NCBI GenBank assembly: GCA_028534125.1
Contig: CM052818.1
Location: 49,106,001-49,170,000 of the forward strand
Direction of reading: 5' to 3'
Length of the DNA: 64,000 bases
Origin: Lama glama
Lineage: Eukaryota
Below are positions 1 to 12,672 of the stretch, piece after piece. The position numbers were made by a program, and so were the translations under genes. The notes beneath the pieces were generated by a model that saw only the letters and a list, made by a program, of their open reading frames with translations, made no database searches and was not told the origin of the DNA. How positions within the stretch are numbered: position 1 is the stretch's first letter; each line of letters opens with the position of its first letter.

Positions 1-2169
1 TTGGGCGTAACCACGGGCTCAGAATCCTGTCAAAACACCCCGCTTTAACAAGTCCTCAACGAAATGATGTTTGTTTATTAATTGTCCGTGTAATGTTGGC
101 TATGGATGCTCTAAACCCAGAGGACTGGGTCCTTTGTATGATAATGGTCTCTTTTGGCCACATACGGCATGTTTCCATCTTTAATTGTTTCTTGTTAGTC
201 GTAGTGCCTTGGCAAATTAGAGAGGAAGGCTATGATTACGTTCTTTCAAGATTCTCTCTAATTCCTCTGAGCTCGCTGAAACTTTTTTTCCCTGAAATTT
301 GTGAAAAGCTATTCTCCTTTTCAAGATTCTTTTCTCAGCCATAACTACATGCACATTTATGGAGCTCAGTGCCCCTGCTATGTCTTTCCGCGCTATCAGA
401 GCCCTGCCTGCCTCGCACACTGAACACTGCGGAGCAACCTGGGAGGCTGGAACAGGCCTGAGTCTGTTTCCCCCATCTCCTGTCCCCTTAATGAAACTGC
501 ATATTGTTCTATAATATGTTCTATAATAAAAATATAGAGCCCTCATAATGATGGCTAAAGACAAATTCCACAGCTTTAGCAATTACTATAAATCATCCAC
601 ATATTATTAATTATGCAATTGCACTTATAAAATTGTATGAACACATATCTGTAATTAATGACATTACAACCTCCTAGGGACCCCAAACCTCTGATGAAAC
701 GTTACATGTCACATGCGTCCAGTAACTACTTGTCCATTTGGGTTTTCTTCTGCTTCACAGCTACTGAAATTTTACAGGTGAAAAAATTGAAACTCGCAGT
801 TCAGGCTATTTTTTGGCACGTGAATTACATTTGCTTACTGGCTGGTAGGTTTTTGGGGTCACGTGACTCTGGGCATGAGACTTAGCAGCAGACACACAGG
901 AGCTGCTGTAATTCTGTGCAGGATGACGTCTGTGAGCCTTGGATCTGCAGGGTTGATGCCATGATTAACTGAGGCTGTGGGTATGAAAGTGTCTAGCACA
1001 CCACTTACCAAATTCTGAGTCAGTGCTGGCAATTACTGCTAAGGTCGTCTGCTTTTCCTGGTCCCGAGCCATGACCAAGGTCAGAGACGAAGATGGTCTT
1101 GACCACTGCAGGCATCACCCTTAAGCTGCAATGCTGTTCTGATTCTTTCATTCTTACAAAGTTGTCGGATGAGCTGAGTTAAGTAGGCTGGAGGAGTGCT
1201 GGGTGAGGTTCCAGGGGACTAGCCCCTGCGTGAGGATGGCAACAGAGTCGAGCAAGAGACTGGGAATTTCCCTAAGGCTCCTCAAGTGCTTGCCGACAGA
1301 GCAAACAGGGGATGATTTCTTCCCAGCCTTTCACAGCCGGAGTCCCTTCCATGAACCACTCCTCCTGTTGCTTATCCATCAAAACCTGTCTAAAATAGGA
1401 CAGATAGAATTTCCTCACACAAACTGTGCTGCCTGAAGTCAGAGCAATGTTTGTATTTAGGGAAAAAAAAAACAGACAAGGATTGATTAGTAAAATGCAC
1501 GTGTTCAGTTGTCAAAGGCTGCCACGTACGTACTTTTTGTAATCCCATTCTGCCACATCATAAATTATTATAAACCCTTCCCAGTGGGAATAAGGTTCTC
1601 AAAACTGTGATCTGCCCTTGGCTAAAGCTGAGCAGATGTGCTGAGAATAGCACAGGAAATGTCATTAGCAGAGCGCGCACGTCTTCCTGAACTTCCAGTG
1701 CTTCTCATAAGATATGTATCATGTATCTTTGCTGGATCAAACTGTAGTAATGTCTGTCCTCCTGATGTGCAAGTCACAGTTTTAAAAATATTGCTTGGAG
1801 TAAAATATTTTAACTTTACTCATTCTAAGAATACAATCAGAATCAAAATTTGAGAAAGAAAAGCAAAAACACCGTAACATGGTCAGGCATTTTTAGAGTC
1901 ATTCAAACACAATTGTTAGTTTTATTTTAATCTGTTTTTTTCTCTACATTTTCAAGCTTTGGCCCTAGAAGAAAATCTAAGTGATATTTCTTGAGGTGAA
2001 ATTTGCATTCAATAAATCCACCATGTTTGGCCACAGTTCTGTGAGTTTTGACAAATACAGAGTGGCATGGAACCACTACCAAAGTGAAGGCATGGACGTA
2101 CCCAGCACCCGCCATGGCCCTGCCCCTCTGTAGTGTGGGCTCCCCTGTTTCTTGTTCCGATTGTTCTGT

Positions 2170-2795
2170 TTTTTCCAAAATGTTATGGAAGGGAATTTAT
2201 ACAGGGTGAGACCGTCTTAGCCTGACTTTCCCCCAGCATAGCTCATCTGATGTTCAGTCATTTTGTTTGGCGGATTAGCAGATGTCCTTTTTACTAACAA
2301 TCAGTTCTGCATCCCATGAGTGTGTCCCCGTTTGATTACCTATCTGCAGTCAAAACCATTTGGGCCGTTTCCAGTATTTTGAAATTATGAATAGCAATGC
2401 CATACACATTCACGTGCAGAGGTTTTGTGTAAACATACTGTTTCATTTCTCTCGTGGAAATAGCTGAGGGTGATACGTTTGGGCCACGATGATCGGTTGA
2501 TCAGCCTGTGGTATGTTTAGCTATGTGAGCGCCTGCCAAGCTGGTTTCCAGTCTGTCACACGTGAGGGTCCCAGTCGCTCCTCACCCGCATCGGGACTTA
2601 GTATTGCCGGATACTTTTCTTTCTTTTAAATCAAGCGTTTCTAATATGTGCGCAGTAGTATTTTGTTATGGCTTCCACTTGTCATTTCCAGCTGAATAAT
2701 GAAGCTGGTCATCTGTTTATGTGCTTATGTGCCATCTGTATGTTTTCATTTGTGAAGTGTCTTTTCCAGTCATTAGCCTATTTTTAAATCTTTTA
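2170..2795 (-). mobile_element. Old L1M-type LINE fragment (left part), interrupted by a younger L1
   Basis: Degenerate antisense L1 3' motifs, e.g. ccatttgggccgtttccagtattttgaaattatgaatagcaatgcc and gtgcttatgtgccatctgtatgttttcatttgtgaagtgtc. Confidence 0.7.
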
Positions 2796-2810
2796 AAAAT
2801 TTTCTTAATT

Positions 2811-4259
2811 AAATGGAAAGATATCCCATGTTCTTGGATTGAAATAATTAATATTGTTGAAATGACCATACCACCCAAAGCAATCTACAAATTTAATGCA
2901 ATCCCTATCAAATTACTCAGGACGTTTTTCACAGAACTAGAACAAGTAATTCTGAAATTTGTATGGAATCACAAGAGACCCAAAATTGCCAAAGCAACAC
3001 TGAAGAAAAAGAATGAAGCTGGAGGAATAACCCTCCCAGACTTCAGACAGTACTACAGAGCTGCGGTAATCAAAACAGCATGGTGTTGGTACAAAAACAG
3101 ACATATGGACCAATGGAACAGAACAGAGTCCAGAAATAAATTCACAAACTTATGGTCAATTAATCTTTGAAAAAGTAAGCAAAACATGCAATGAAGAAAA
3201 GACAGTCTCTTCAGCAAATGGTGTTGGGAAAACTGAACAGCTGCATGTGAATCAGTGAAGTTAGAACACTCCCTCACCCCAAAAAAATAAACTCAAAATG
3301 GCTTTAAGACTTAAACATAAGACAAGACACAACAAATCTCCTGGAAGAAAACACAGGCAAAACATTATCTGACATACATCTCAGCAGTGCTCTCCTAGGG
3401 CAGTCTACCCAAGCAATAGAAATAAAAGCAAGAATAAACAAATGGGACCTAATTAAACTTACAGGCTTTTGCACATCAAAGGAAACTATAAGCAGAACAA
3501 AATACAACCTACAGAATGGGAGAAAATATTTGCAAAACATGAGACTGACAAGGGCTTAATTTCTAGAATATATAAACAGTTCATTCAACTTAATAATAAA
3601 ACCAAACAAACAAACAATTCAATCCAAAAGTGGGCAGAAGACACAAGCAAGCCATTCTCCAATGAAGACATACAAATGGCCAATAAGCACATGAAAAATG
3701 CTCAATATCACTAATTATCAAAGAAGTGCAAATCAAAACTACAATGAGGTATCACCTCACACCAGTCAGAATGGCCATCATTAAAAAGTCTACAAACAAT
3801 AAATATTGGAGAGGGTGTGGGGAAAAGGGAACCCTCCTACACTGTTGGTGGGAATGTAGTTTGGTGCAGCCTTTGTGGAAAACAGTATGGAGATTCTTCA
3901 AAAGACTGAAAATAGACTTACTATATGATCCAGCAATCCTACTCCTGGGCATATATCCAGAGGGAATCTTAATTTTAAAAAATACGTGCACCTCAATGTT
4001 CATAGCAGCACTGTTTATAGTAGCCAAGACCCAGAAACAAACTAAATGTCCATTGACAGATGACTGGATAAAGAAGATGTGGTATATTTATAGAATGAAA
4101 TACTACTCTGCCATAAAAAAGAATAAAAATGCCACTTGCAGCAACATGGATGGCCCTGGAGACGGTCATTCTAAGTGAAGTAAGACAGAAATAAAAAGAA
4201 AAATACCATATGATATCACTTATATGTGGAATCTAAAAAAAAAAAGACAAAGGAACTTA
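2811..4259 (+). mobile_element. Lineage-type L1 fragment: disrupted ORF2 C-terminal region plus start of the 3' UTR; truncated at both ends
   Basis: Translates to L1 ORF2 peptides [49 protein letters not shown] and [39 protein letters not shown], split across frames by stops and frameshifts. Confidence 0.95.
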
Positions 4260-4269
4260 AAATATTCCT

Positions 4270-4600
4270 TTATTTTGAACAAAGTGTCCAATTGTTCTAG
4301 CACTGTTTGTACAAAACATTACTTTTTCCCATTGAATTCTATTTTTATCTTTGTCAAAAGTCAGTTAACCACATACATGTGGAACTATTTCTAGACTCTC
4401 TTTTGCTCCGTTCATCTACATGCCAAAGCTTTAGCCCACAGCACACTGCTGAGATTACTGTGGCTTTACAGTAAATCCTGAAATCAAGCTGTATAACTTC
4501 TTCAATTTAATTATTTTTCTTTTCAAGAGTGTTTTAGGTATTTGTGTTCATTTGTTTTTCCAAAAAATTGTATGAATAGCTTGTCTATTTCTATGGGTGA
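4270..4600 (-). mobile_element. Old L1M-type LINE fragment (right part)
   Basis: Antisense L1 ORF2-like motifs gtccaattgttctagcactgtttg, ctttgtcaaaagtcagttaacc and gattactgtggctttacagtaaatcctgaaatc. Confidence 0.7.
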
Positions 4601-4834
4601 AAACTTCCTAAACAAAAATCCATTGGCCTTGGTATTCAAGTCTAAGACGAACCCCCCACTCACGTTGGACTGGCTGCATAAAGCTGATCATCCTGGAGGT
4701 GGCAGGTGACAAACGGAGTGGAGATCATCACAGAAAGATGAGTCCGATTTCAGTAGGTGGGGTGGGCATGTGCAGGTGTGACAGGAAATCTTTGGTTTGG
4801 ATAAACTGATAAACTGGCAATGAGAAACATAATT

Positions 4835-5263
4835 TTTATTTATACATTATCATGTATGTGCTCAACATAAGTAGCAATTCTGTGCACATTCTTATACTAA
4901 TTTGAATCAATATGTGCTATGACCAAACAGTTGAATTTTTATGAAATATATTCAATATAGGAAATTAAGTCAAGTTGAATTTCTGGTAAGAGTTCTCTTT
5001 TTTCAAGACATCAAAGGTATAATTGACTTCTTATCATGGTCTGTATGTCACGTCCCCTAATATCGGGTTGGCTACTGGTTGGTTAGATTTCCTGAACTGC
5101 TCCGGGGTCCTCAGTCGTTTGGCCCTGCATGGCTTGGCGTTGTAGTTCAGGGGAAAGCAGAACTGAATTGCGGCCCCTTGCATAAGCGCGGACTCCGGTG
5201 CTGGGCTTGCCCGGCCCGAGGCAATGCTGGGAACTGTCTTCAGGAATCGACTGTAAGCTGATT
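4835..5263 (-). other. Candidate terminal exon of a minus-strand transcript
   Basis: Acceptor atgttttgcag|A at 5263; open frame to TAA at 5085-5083; AATAAA on the minus strand at 4840-4835. Confidence 0.3.
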
Positions 5264-5879
5264 CTGCAAAACATATTCTACGTAATGTGGACACTTAATA
5301 TTCTACCTACATACGTCTGCTCTCCCTGGGACACTGCTTCCACCATACAGTGGACCTCGGGCTGATGGCAAGTGGGACATCAGCACTGACAACAACAGAG
5401 CAATCATTCATGAACGTGTTTCAGGCTCGGAAACAAACAGAGCACCAGTGCATTCCAGTTGCTGTGCAGTTTTAATGCCCTGGCGGTCACAGCTGAACGG
5501 TATTGGTGCTTCTGATTCTGAAAAATATTATGTCATTGAGTCATTTGATGAATGAGGAAATATTTAATGTTTGTATGGGAATATAGCAAAACCTTCCCTT
5601 AGAGGAAACTATGAATGTATTGCTTTGGGCAAAGAGGAGGTAGAAAGGACATATAAGATGCCCCCCCCACATTTTTTTAATAGTAGGTTCTGCAGGTTTT
5701 TAATGAAGAGAATGATCTCTATGAACTGGTGCCTTCAGGAACGACTTCTGAAAGGAAGGCAAAGGTGACCTGCATATTTTTTTAATGTTTCTTGGGATCT
5801 GGGATCAGGTGAAAGCATTGTGTGGAGAGAGGTCATCACTGACACAGGGAAGGATGACGTACTGGTGTCAGTCCCAGAA

Positions 5880-6720
5880 ACAAGTATTTCACCCACTGAG
5901 GACATGCAGAGCCTTCCTTGTGTCCCAGGTCCTGCACTGCGTGCTAAGGGCACACAGCTAATACGCCTTAAAACTTGGTCCCTGGGGAATGTATTTTCCA
6001 CTGGGAAAGAAGTGATGTTACTGTTGCATGAATGTTGCAGTGGGAGTAAGAACAGATGAGCCAGCAAAGTGTAAGAGGGGGGCACTTAACCCGGCTGCAG
6101 TGTCATCAGTTAACCCTTGATGAACATTATCTCTAAGGAGAAATCTAAAGGCTGTTGGAGAATTATAAAGGGACAGTGTTTCAGGCAAAGGGGGAAAAAC
6201 ATGAAGGATTTTGTGTCAAAAAATTAAGGACATGTTTCTGAAAGTTGAAGATGTTCACAGCAGTGGAGCTCAGGTGCGTGTAACAGGTAGTGACAAGCAA
6301 ACGACTTTGAGTCAATTGAGATTTGAGTCAATTTGAGCAAATTACAGTCCAGATTCAACCTAAGGGACACATTTAGGTCATGTTTTAATGTCAAGATCAG
6401 ATGTGCATTTCAGAAACGCTCCTGCGGTGAAGCGCAGAGCAGCTGGACCGTGGGTAAGCACAGGGGTCAGCGAGGTGGCCACTGCCATGTTCCTGGGGTG
6501 GAGTCCTGGTGGCAGGAGCAAAGATAATGTAGTGGGACGCAGAGCAAGGAGACGGTGGAAAGAGAGCAAACATACAAGCAAAAGTTACAGTGATTCTGTG
6601 GGTGCTCGAAAATGGAAAAAAGGAATCAAGTGTGACGGCTGATTTCCAGGTTGGGACTAAGGGACTGATGTTTGTACCATTTGCGCAAATGTACAACACA
6701 GGAAGGAGAGCCTGCCTGGG
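5880..6720 (-). mobile_element. L2 LINE fragment
   Basis: Degenerate antisense L2 motifs tgtgtcccaggtcctgcactgcgtgctaagggcacac, agatcagatgtgcatttcagaaacgctc and gatttccaggttgggactaaggg. Confidence 0.6.
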
Positions 6721-7828
6721 TTTAAAAAAATAAGAATCTTTAAGTTATATTGTTTATCAAACACCTCAGGCAGGCAGAAATTGTATATGTATGTATATGG
6801 GACAAGAGAACAGTCTGGGCTCATGACTTGGGTGTATCTGAAGCCACAAGAGAAGGCGACACGGTGCCCCCAGTTACGTGCTGTAGAAAATACACGTGGA
6901 GGCACAATGAGGGAAGAGGCCGCGTAGGCGGGTAGGACTGGATGGATGGAAACTGGAGAAATCCTATCATTATTGAGGAGATGCCCATGTTCCCTCGCTC
7001 CTCACTCCCGGAAACTGGCATGACGCACAAGATTATGAAACCAAAACTATGCCACTGTGGGTTTCTTCATGCAAACTGTTGGAAGTATTGTAAGTTGATC
7101 ACAGCAAAAGTGCAGAGAAGTAATAAGGAACTGAACAGGGATGATGGCCGAGGAGGCAGAAAACAGGCAAACGTGGGTATGGGAGAGGAAGACCGTTTTC
7201 TGACCTGCCAATCATTGAAAATACTGGTCTCCTTTAGAAGTCTTCCTTGGGTGAGAAGGAGCAAAATAAGGCTAATTAAGCCTCAGTGAGAATTAAGCAG
7301 TCTCCTTCCAAGTTTTATTGGCTTTTATTGATTCTCTAGATTCGGGCTGTCATCAAAACATCCGTCTAGGCGAGCTGTGAAATAGGACTGATTTTCCACA
7401 TACACCTGAGAACGGCCAGGAGGTGTAAGATTTTGAGCTGTAATACCATGTTTCAAAAACAGAACCGAGCTGAGCTCTGATCCCACACTGAAGTCACCCC
7501 ACCCCGAGCTAGAGCACCGTCATTCCGTCCCAGGAAAAGGAATCCTTCGTAACCCACAGATGCTTCTCACGGAAAACCGACACAGGGTGGGTGTTTGTTT
7601 GTTCAGACTCTTCATTTCTTCAGGATGCCTCTCTCCTGGTCTAGACCTGTCACCTGGTCCAGGAATCACTGCTTCGACTCACAGGAAGCACGTTGCGTCA
7701 CTGAGATGGGTTTCAGCGTGAGTGGTGATTCTTCTTTGACCACATTTAAACAGCCAAGCGTTCCTTGTTTTGATATTTTTTTTGTTATTTACCCATGAAT
7801 GCCCCTCTGCAGGTAGCAGAGGGCTTAC

Positions 7829-7921
7829 ATCTCCAGCGTGGCGCTCACGGCTGCATCAATGTCCGGTTCAGGCTGCGTGATCCCCCAGGGCGGTGAGGCG
7901 TCTCCGGGAGACCTTCTTGGT
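7829..7921 (-). other. Candidate internal exon (93 nt)
   Basis: Pyrimidine tract tctcttcctgttttgtacatttcacattaag|A and donor GAT|gtaagc; CpG-richer than its flanks; one open frame. Confidence 0.4.
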
Positions 7922-10195
7922 CTTAATGTGAAATGTACAAAACAGGAAGAGATTTTTTTTTTAAAGTCTCAATACTTTCTTAATACCTCCCTTACCTCAG
8001 TTTTCATCTCCCACAGGCGGCTCCATCAACCATAAGATCTTCTATCCTTTAAGTCAAAGGGTTCTTAGAGGTCACAGCACCCAAGTCCCCTTAAAATGCG
8101 GACACCCCTGCGTATCTTCTTAAGGCAGACACCTGCTGCTTTGGAGCCTGGGAATCGGCCTGCGTGTGGCTTCGGTGGTCAGACACACAGCGACTCAAGC
8201 TCCAATTAGGCTGATTGTCCTCTCTGCAACATCTCGTAGTCTTAGTCCCGTTTTTTGAGAAACAGAGCTGATGGTTGTTACAAACATGGATATTTCAGTA
8301 ACTCATGCCCTGGCCTGGTCCATGTACATCCTCGCCTTCCTTCAGCTCATCTCACCCACCCCTCTGTCTTCCTCCCTGGTCAGATGACACCTACGACGGA
8401 TTCTCAAGCGTACATGTCCCAGTGCTAGTGGTGAGTTTCACATTCTTGTAATTTTTATGTATTTTCAAAACCTAAAAACCATTATTTCACACAAGGACAT
8501 GATGACTTTATTGCCAGCCCCCAGGGAATGGCCAGGAAGAGACTGTGGATAGGAGCAGAAATTGCCTCTCCCACTGGTGGGGCTGCGGGAGCGTGACCAC
8601 CTCCAAGGGGCGCGGCCGGGCTGGAGGGAAGGCTTGTCTGCTGGAATGCACCTCATCGCCCTGTGCACCGCGCCTGCTGGCAGCCCTTGGAGAGCAGGCA
8701 TCGGGCAGTCTCCCCCTGCAGAGGCCGATGTTTGCTGCATCCTCAGGGCAGCACTTCCTGGGGCTGCCACTGATTTCTCCCTACACCCTCCTGGAAAGCA
8801 CAGAGAAGCACTGCAGAGGGCGGAAGTTCATCCCAGGGCCCCGGGGCCGGCTGGCCGGCGGGAAGAGCCGGTCCTCACAGAGCTGCAGAGCCGGCCCTGC
8901 CTTCCAGAGAACAGAGGCTAGTGCCCAGCAGTGTGTGAACCCGGGTGGACACAGCCTGGTGGATGGACATCCCCTGAGCGCTCGTCTGGACTTGCATGGG
9001 GACAAAAACATCGCGACGTTTATGAAAGCTAAGGCAATATACACGTGAAATTTCCCCCAAAGGAAATTAAAACCTAATTTCAGACTTTGATAGCCAATGG
9101 CTGTCTAAGAAAGCAAAAGGCACAACAAATTATGCTGAAATAATCATCGGCTGCCTGAAATTATTGATTTGAATCGCACAGAACACATAATTGTCTCAAT
9201 TGAATAAAGTCGCAATCCAAAACAATCCAGTTTTAATAATGAGGCATTTTAAATGAGTCACAATTATAAAGGCCCAGCTGTGGCTGGATTTGCCCTTCGA
9301 TGAGAACGTAATCTGTCTCCAGCAAAAAGCAATTCCGTTTATCCTTTCCTGGTGCAACAGAAATAATAGGGATTTTAACAGGACGGTTCTGTAGTAACTC
9401 TTACAGACGGCAGCGCATCTTCAGAATCATTGTGGTTTAACAGCTGTAGCCACTGGTTTGTGGCTCTGATTTTTTTCCCACTAACTTGAGGAGTATAAAA
9501 TTGGGACTTTTACATCCAGCATCCAGCTTTGCTGTGTCTGAGGAGGTCGATCAGTTCTCGTGTGAAGCCACAGATTGTCACGTGTTCTCTGGAAGAGATC
9601 TCATTTCAGAGGACGGCTGGAAATGGCCAATGTTTTGTGTTCAGACAGATTTGGAAGGGACTGAGTCTCCATCAGTGACTTAACGTCTATCTCACAGATC
9701 TTGCACAAATTACCTAATTTTGTGAAACGATTTGCTTAGTTGAAAGAAAAAGAAGTGAAAATTATGTCTCCAAAACAGCAGCACACACCATTCTGAGCAC
9801 ATACACCCAACACTCATTTATTCTCTTCTTGCAAATTAATCTATGACTCTCTCACTGCCTGGTGGAGGCCATGCTCATTTCTTGTTTATGAAACAAAGTA
9901 GATAAATGGGAAAACTAAGATTCTGGCTGTTAAGCAACAGCCCCCAAATCCCAGAAGACTAGGACTTACAGTTCTAATTTAGGGTTTGCAGCATTGCTCG
10001 AATGACAAAATTTAGGAGCCATCAAACCAGGAGCCTTAGGAAATGTTATTGCAATAACTTTCAATTTGGAAAATCGTGGGAGGGAAGGCAGGCCTTATTC
10101 ATCTCATGGAAGCAACAGGCTCGAGCTGAAACTGGAGCATCTCTTGCCAGAACGTGCAAGTCTGGTTCCCAGAGGACGGGTCGGAGGAGCACTGC

Positions 10196-10563
10196 TGTTA
10201 CGAACTGAGTGTTTGTGTCCCACCCCCAAAGTCATACGTCTAAATCCTACCCATCAGAGTGCCCTGGGAGGTGGGGCCTCTGGGAGGAAACTAGGCCATG
10301 AGGGTGGAGCCCACGTGAACAGGATCAGGGCCCTTGTAAGAAGAGCCACCAGGAGAGAGCTTGCTTTCTCTCCCTCCCTGTTCTCCGCCACGTGAGGCTA
10401 CACCCAGATGACAGCTTTCTGCAGGCCAGCAAGAGCTCTGACCAACCCTGGGTCTGCTGACACCTTGACCTTGGACTTCCCAGCCTCCAGAACTGTGAGA
10501 AAGAAGTGTCCGCTGTTTAAGCCCCCAGGCTCTGACGTGTAAGTCACAGCAGCCGAGCTGACA
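10196..10563 (+). mobile_element. MaLR solo LTR (MLT1A-like)
   Basis: TG..CA termini; typical motifs ggaggtggggcctctgggagg, catgagggtggagccc and ttggacttcccagcctccagaactgtgaga; 5-bp TSD ACTGC (10191-10195) / ACTGT (10564-10568). Confidence 0.9.
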
Positions 10564-11211
10564 ACTGTTCTCAGAAGGAAGTCACTCCCCGTGGATTTGC
10601 ACTCCTGATGGGCAGGGAACCTGTGACAGCCCCGGGTTGACGAGGCCGCTCTGACCTGCTGCCACCGCTTACTGTTTAATTAGAATCACTACATTCGAAA
10701 ACTTGGAGTGTTTCTACACATTGGTGGGGTTAGAAACCATCTGTCTGGGATCTCAAAGAAGCACCCCCCCACTGTGAGCCCAGCCCCCTCCACGTCTGAA
10801 ACTGCTGCTCTAGGAGGTGCCGGAGGTGAGGAAGGGGAGGGCCTGGCGCTCAGTGACAGGGCCCCGTACGCCTCCTGCCAGGCAGCAGACCCTCTGAAAT
10901 ATCCCTTGAATTGTCAGGGCTGAGGCCTCCAGGAGCACTGATTCTTCGGGAAAGGCCCATTGTCACGATGTGCTGAACGCCTCGTGTCGTCACTCTGCTT
11001 CATTCTCTGCTGCGGTGCACGCACCTTCATAGCGTCACAGAAACTGCTTTCCTGTGGTCCCGGTGGAATGACAGCTCTTGTGTAATTTTTGTATTACAAA
11101 AAGGTACTTTCATATCTAGTAAGTCATAAGCCACAAACGTTATACAATGCACCCCAAGCTGACAGGTGGGATGGTATTTTACAGGTCTTCCTCAGAGAAT
11201 CGTTCCTCACC

Positions 11212-11221
11212 ATGACGTCAT
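11212..11221. promoter_or_regulatory. Perfect palindromic CRE (ATGACGTCAT)
   Basis: Full TGACGTCA with symmetric A/T flanks; CpG intact; function not shown. Confidence 0.45.
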
Positions 11222-11272
11222 AGTTACGAAATTGCTTTTCCAAACATTTAAACGCAGACGCATTTTGCTTAC

Positions 11273-11385
11273 CGTGGTTGGAAAGCCGTTGCTCCCTTCC
11301 TGGGTCCGCTTGATCCCCGGGCGGGTCTCTGGGCTCCGTTTCCGGCTCCCAGGCACCCGTCCCCACGTGGGAGCAGCGGGAGCTG
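11273..11385 (-). other. Candidate internal exon (113 nt, NAGNAG acceptor)
   Basis: Acceptor ctctgagcccctcccttccctcgtctgcgacag|CAG and donor ACG|gtaagc; GC/CpG-rich. Confidence 0.45.
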
Positions 11386-11979
11386 CTGTCGCAGACGAGG
11401 GAAGGGAGGGGCTCAGAGCCACGGGCAGCAGCTCCGGCCCTGAGGCAGAGTGGACTGTCAGCCCCAGTGGACCAGGACCCTGTGCTTGCTCCTTGTCGCC
11501 TGATTTACACAGTCCCACAGTGGGCGGTAGAATGTCATCGTCTTATTTTTATTTATTTTTTAACAGAAGAGGGAGCTGAGTGCCCTACAGCTGAGGGGAC
11601 TCACACAGTTCACAGGCTCCCGGGACGCGGGCCAGGCAGACGGGACCTAGAGCAGGTGTCTCCCCACCGCTTTTTTCCTCTTCCGAAACTAGGATGAAAG
11701 GATGCTTTCTGTGTGTTAGTTTCCAGCCGGAACACACAAAGTGTACTCGTTTTCTTGTTTGGTTTCATTTCGCGTCAGGAATTTAAGATAAACTAGAGGT
11801 GACCAGGCCTTAGAGGAGAGCTTTGTGAGCCACGGGAAAGAGTCACCGTCCTCCCGCACCCTCCCCCGGGGAAGGGGCTGCGTTGCTCCAAGTTGAGAGC
11901 TGAGAGGGTGGACGCTGCAGCTGTAGGAGGCCAGTGGGGAGGGTCAGGGCACGAGCCCTTGAGAGCTAACTAGCGCAGA

Positions 11980-12140
11980 GTGTGCATGTGTGTGTGTTCG
12001 TATGTGTGCATGTGTGCATGCGTGTATGTGTGTGCACCTGTGCATGCACCTGTGTGCATGCATGTGGGTGTGTGTGCATGCATGTGCATGTGCACACGTG
12101 TGTGTTGCATATGCACGTGTGGCTGCACGTGTAACACAGT
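11980..12140. repeat. Complex (TG)n/(TGCA)n alternating purine-pyrimidine repeat
   Basis: tgtgcatgtgtgtgtgttcgtatgtgtgcatgtgtgcatgcgtg... Confidence 0.9.
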
Positions 12141-12672
12141 GCAAGAGGGATCCGCATGTGTTCCACCTGTCGGGTTTTAACTTCTTGAAACGTAGATTTC
12201 CTCTGCTGACAAGTCAGGCAGAGTGAGAACATGTGGAAACAAATGGTGTTTGGTTTATGATTCACCTTAATGACGTGTTTACATTTCTTATCTTCATCAT
12301 AGGATGGAAAGTGCAGATTCTTATGTACTTCCTCATTTCTGAGAGCTCTGACCATTTCATATTCTATCCTCATGATATTTAAAAGCACCTGAAACCCATT
12401 GATGTGGTCTGTTTATATATCCAAAGTTAGGGAGAAAAAATTATGGAGCAATTACTTTCAAATCTTTGAAAATGTATGAGAAAATAGAGTATGTTATCAA
12501 GATAACATTAGTATTTCTAATGTCAGATGTTTCCAACCTGAGGTTCTACCTATTTTATTGTAGTGATGACACTAATTTCAAATGCAACGTACAGTTGCAA
12601 ACCATAAATATATTACAGGGTTTGATGCTCTAACAACAAATGCATGGTCTACTTGATAAAATTCATTCATCC

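Noticed and set aside
74..345. Minus-strand frame ..MAEKRILKRRIAFHKFQGKKVSASSEELERILKERNHSLPL* followed by AATAAA (79-74), as a terminal coding exon
   Set aside because: The acceptor lacks a pyrimidine tract, there is no recognisable homologue and no compatible upstream exon was found. Not excluded, but unsupported.
2721..4178. L1 ORF2-like ORFs as functional genes
   Set aside because: Fragmented by stops and frameshifts, with no endonuclease or RT core; dead L1 fragment. The same holds for 12711-13929.
6414..6453. Plus-strand 40-nt exon (tttcag|..TGG|gtaagc)
   Set aside because: Lies within an antisense L2 fragment and has no partner exons.
11944..12388. His/Thr- or Cys/Val-rich ORFs
   Set aside because: Translations of TG/CA microsatellites; the same applies at 14085, 30914-31408, 31562-31910 and 60788-61136.
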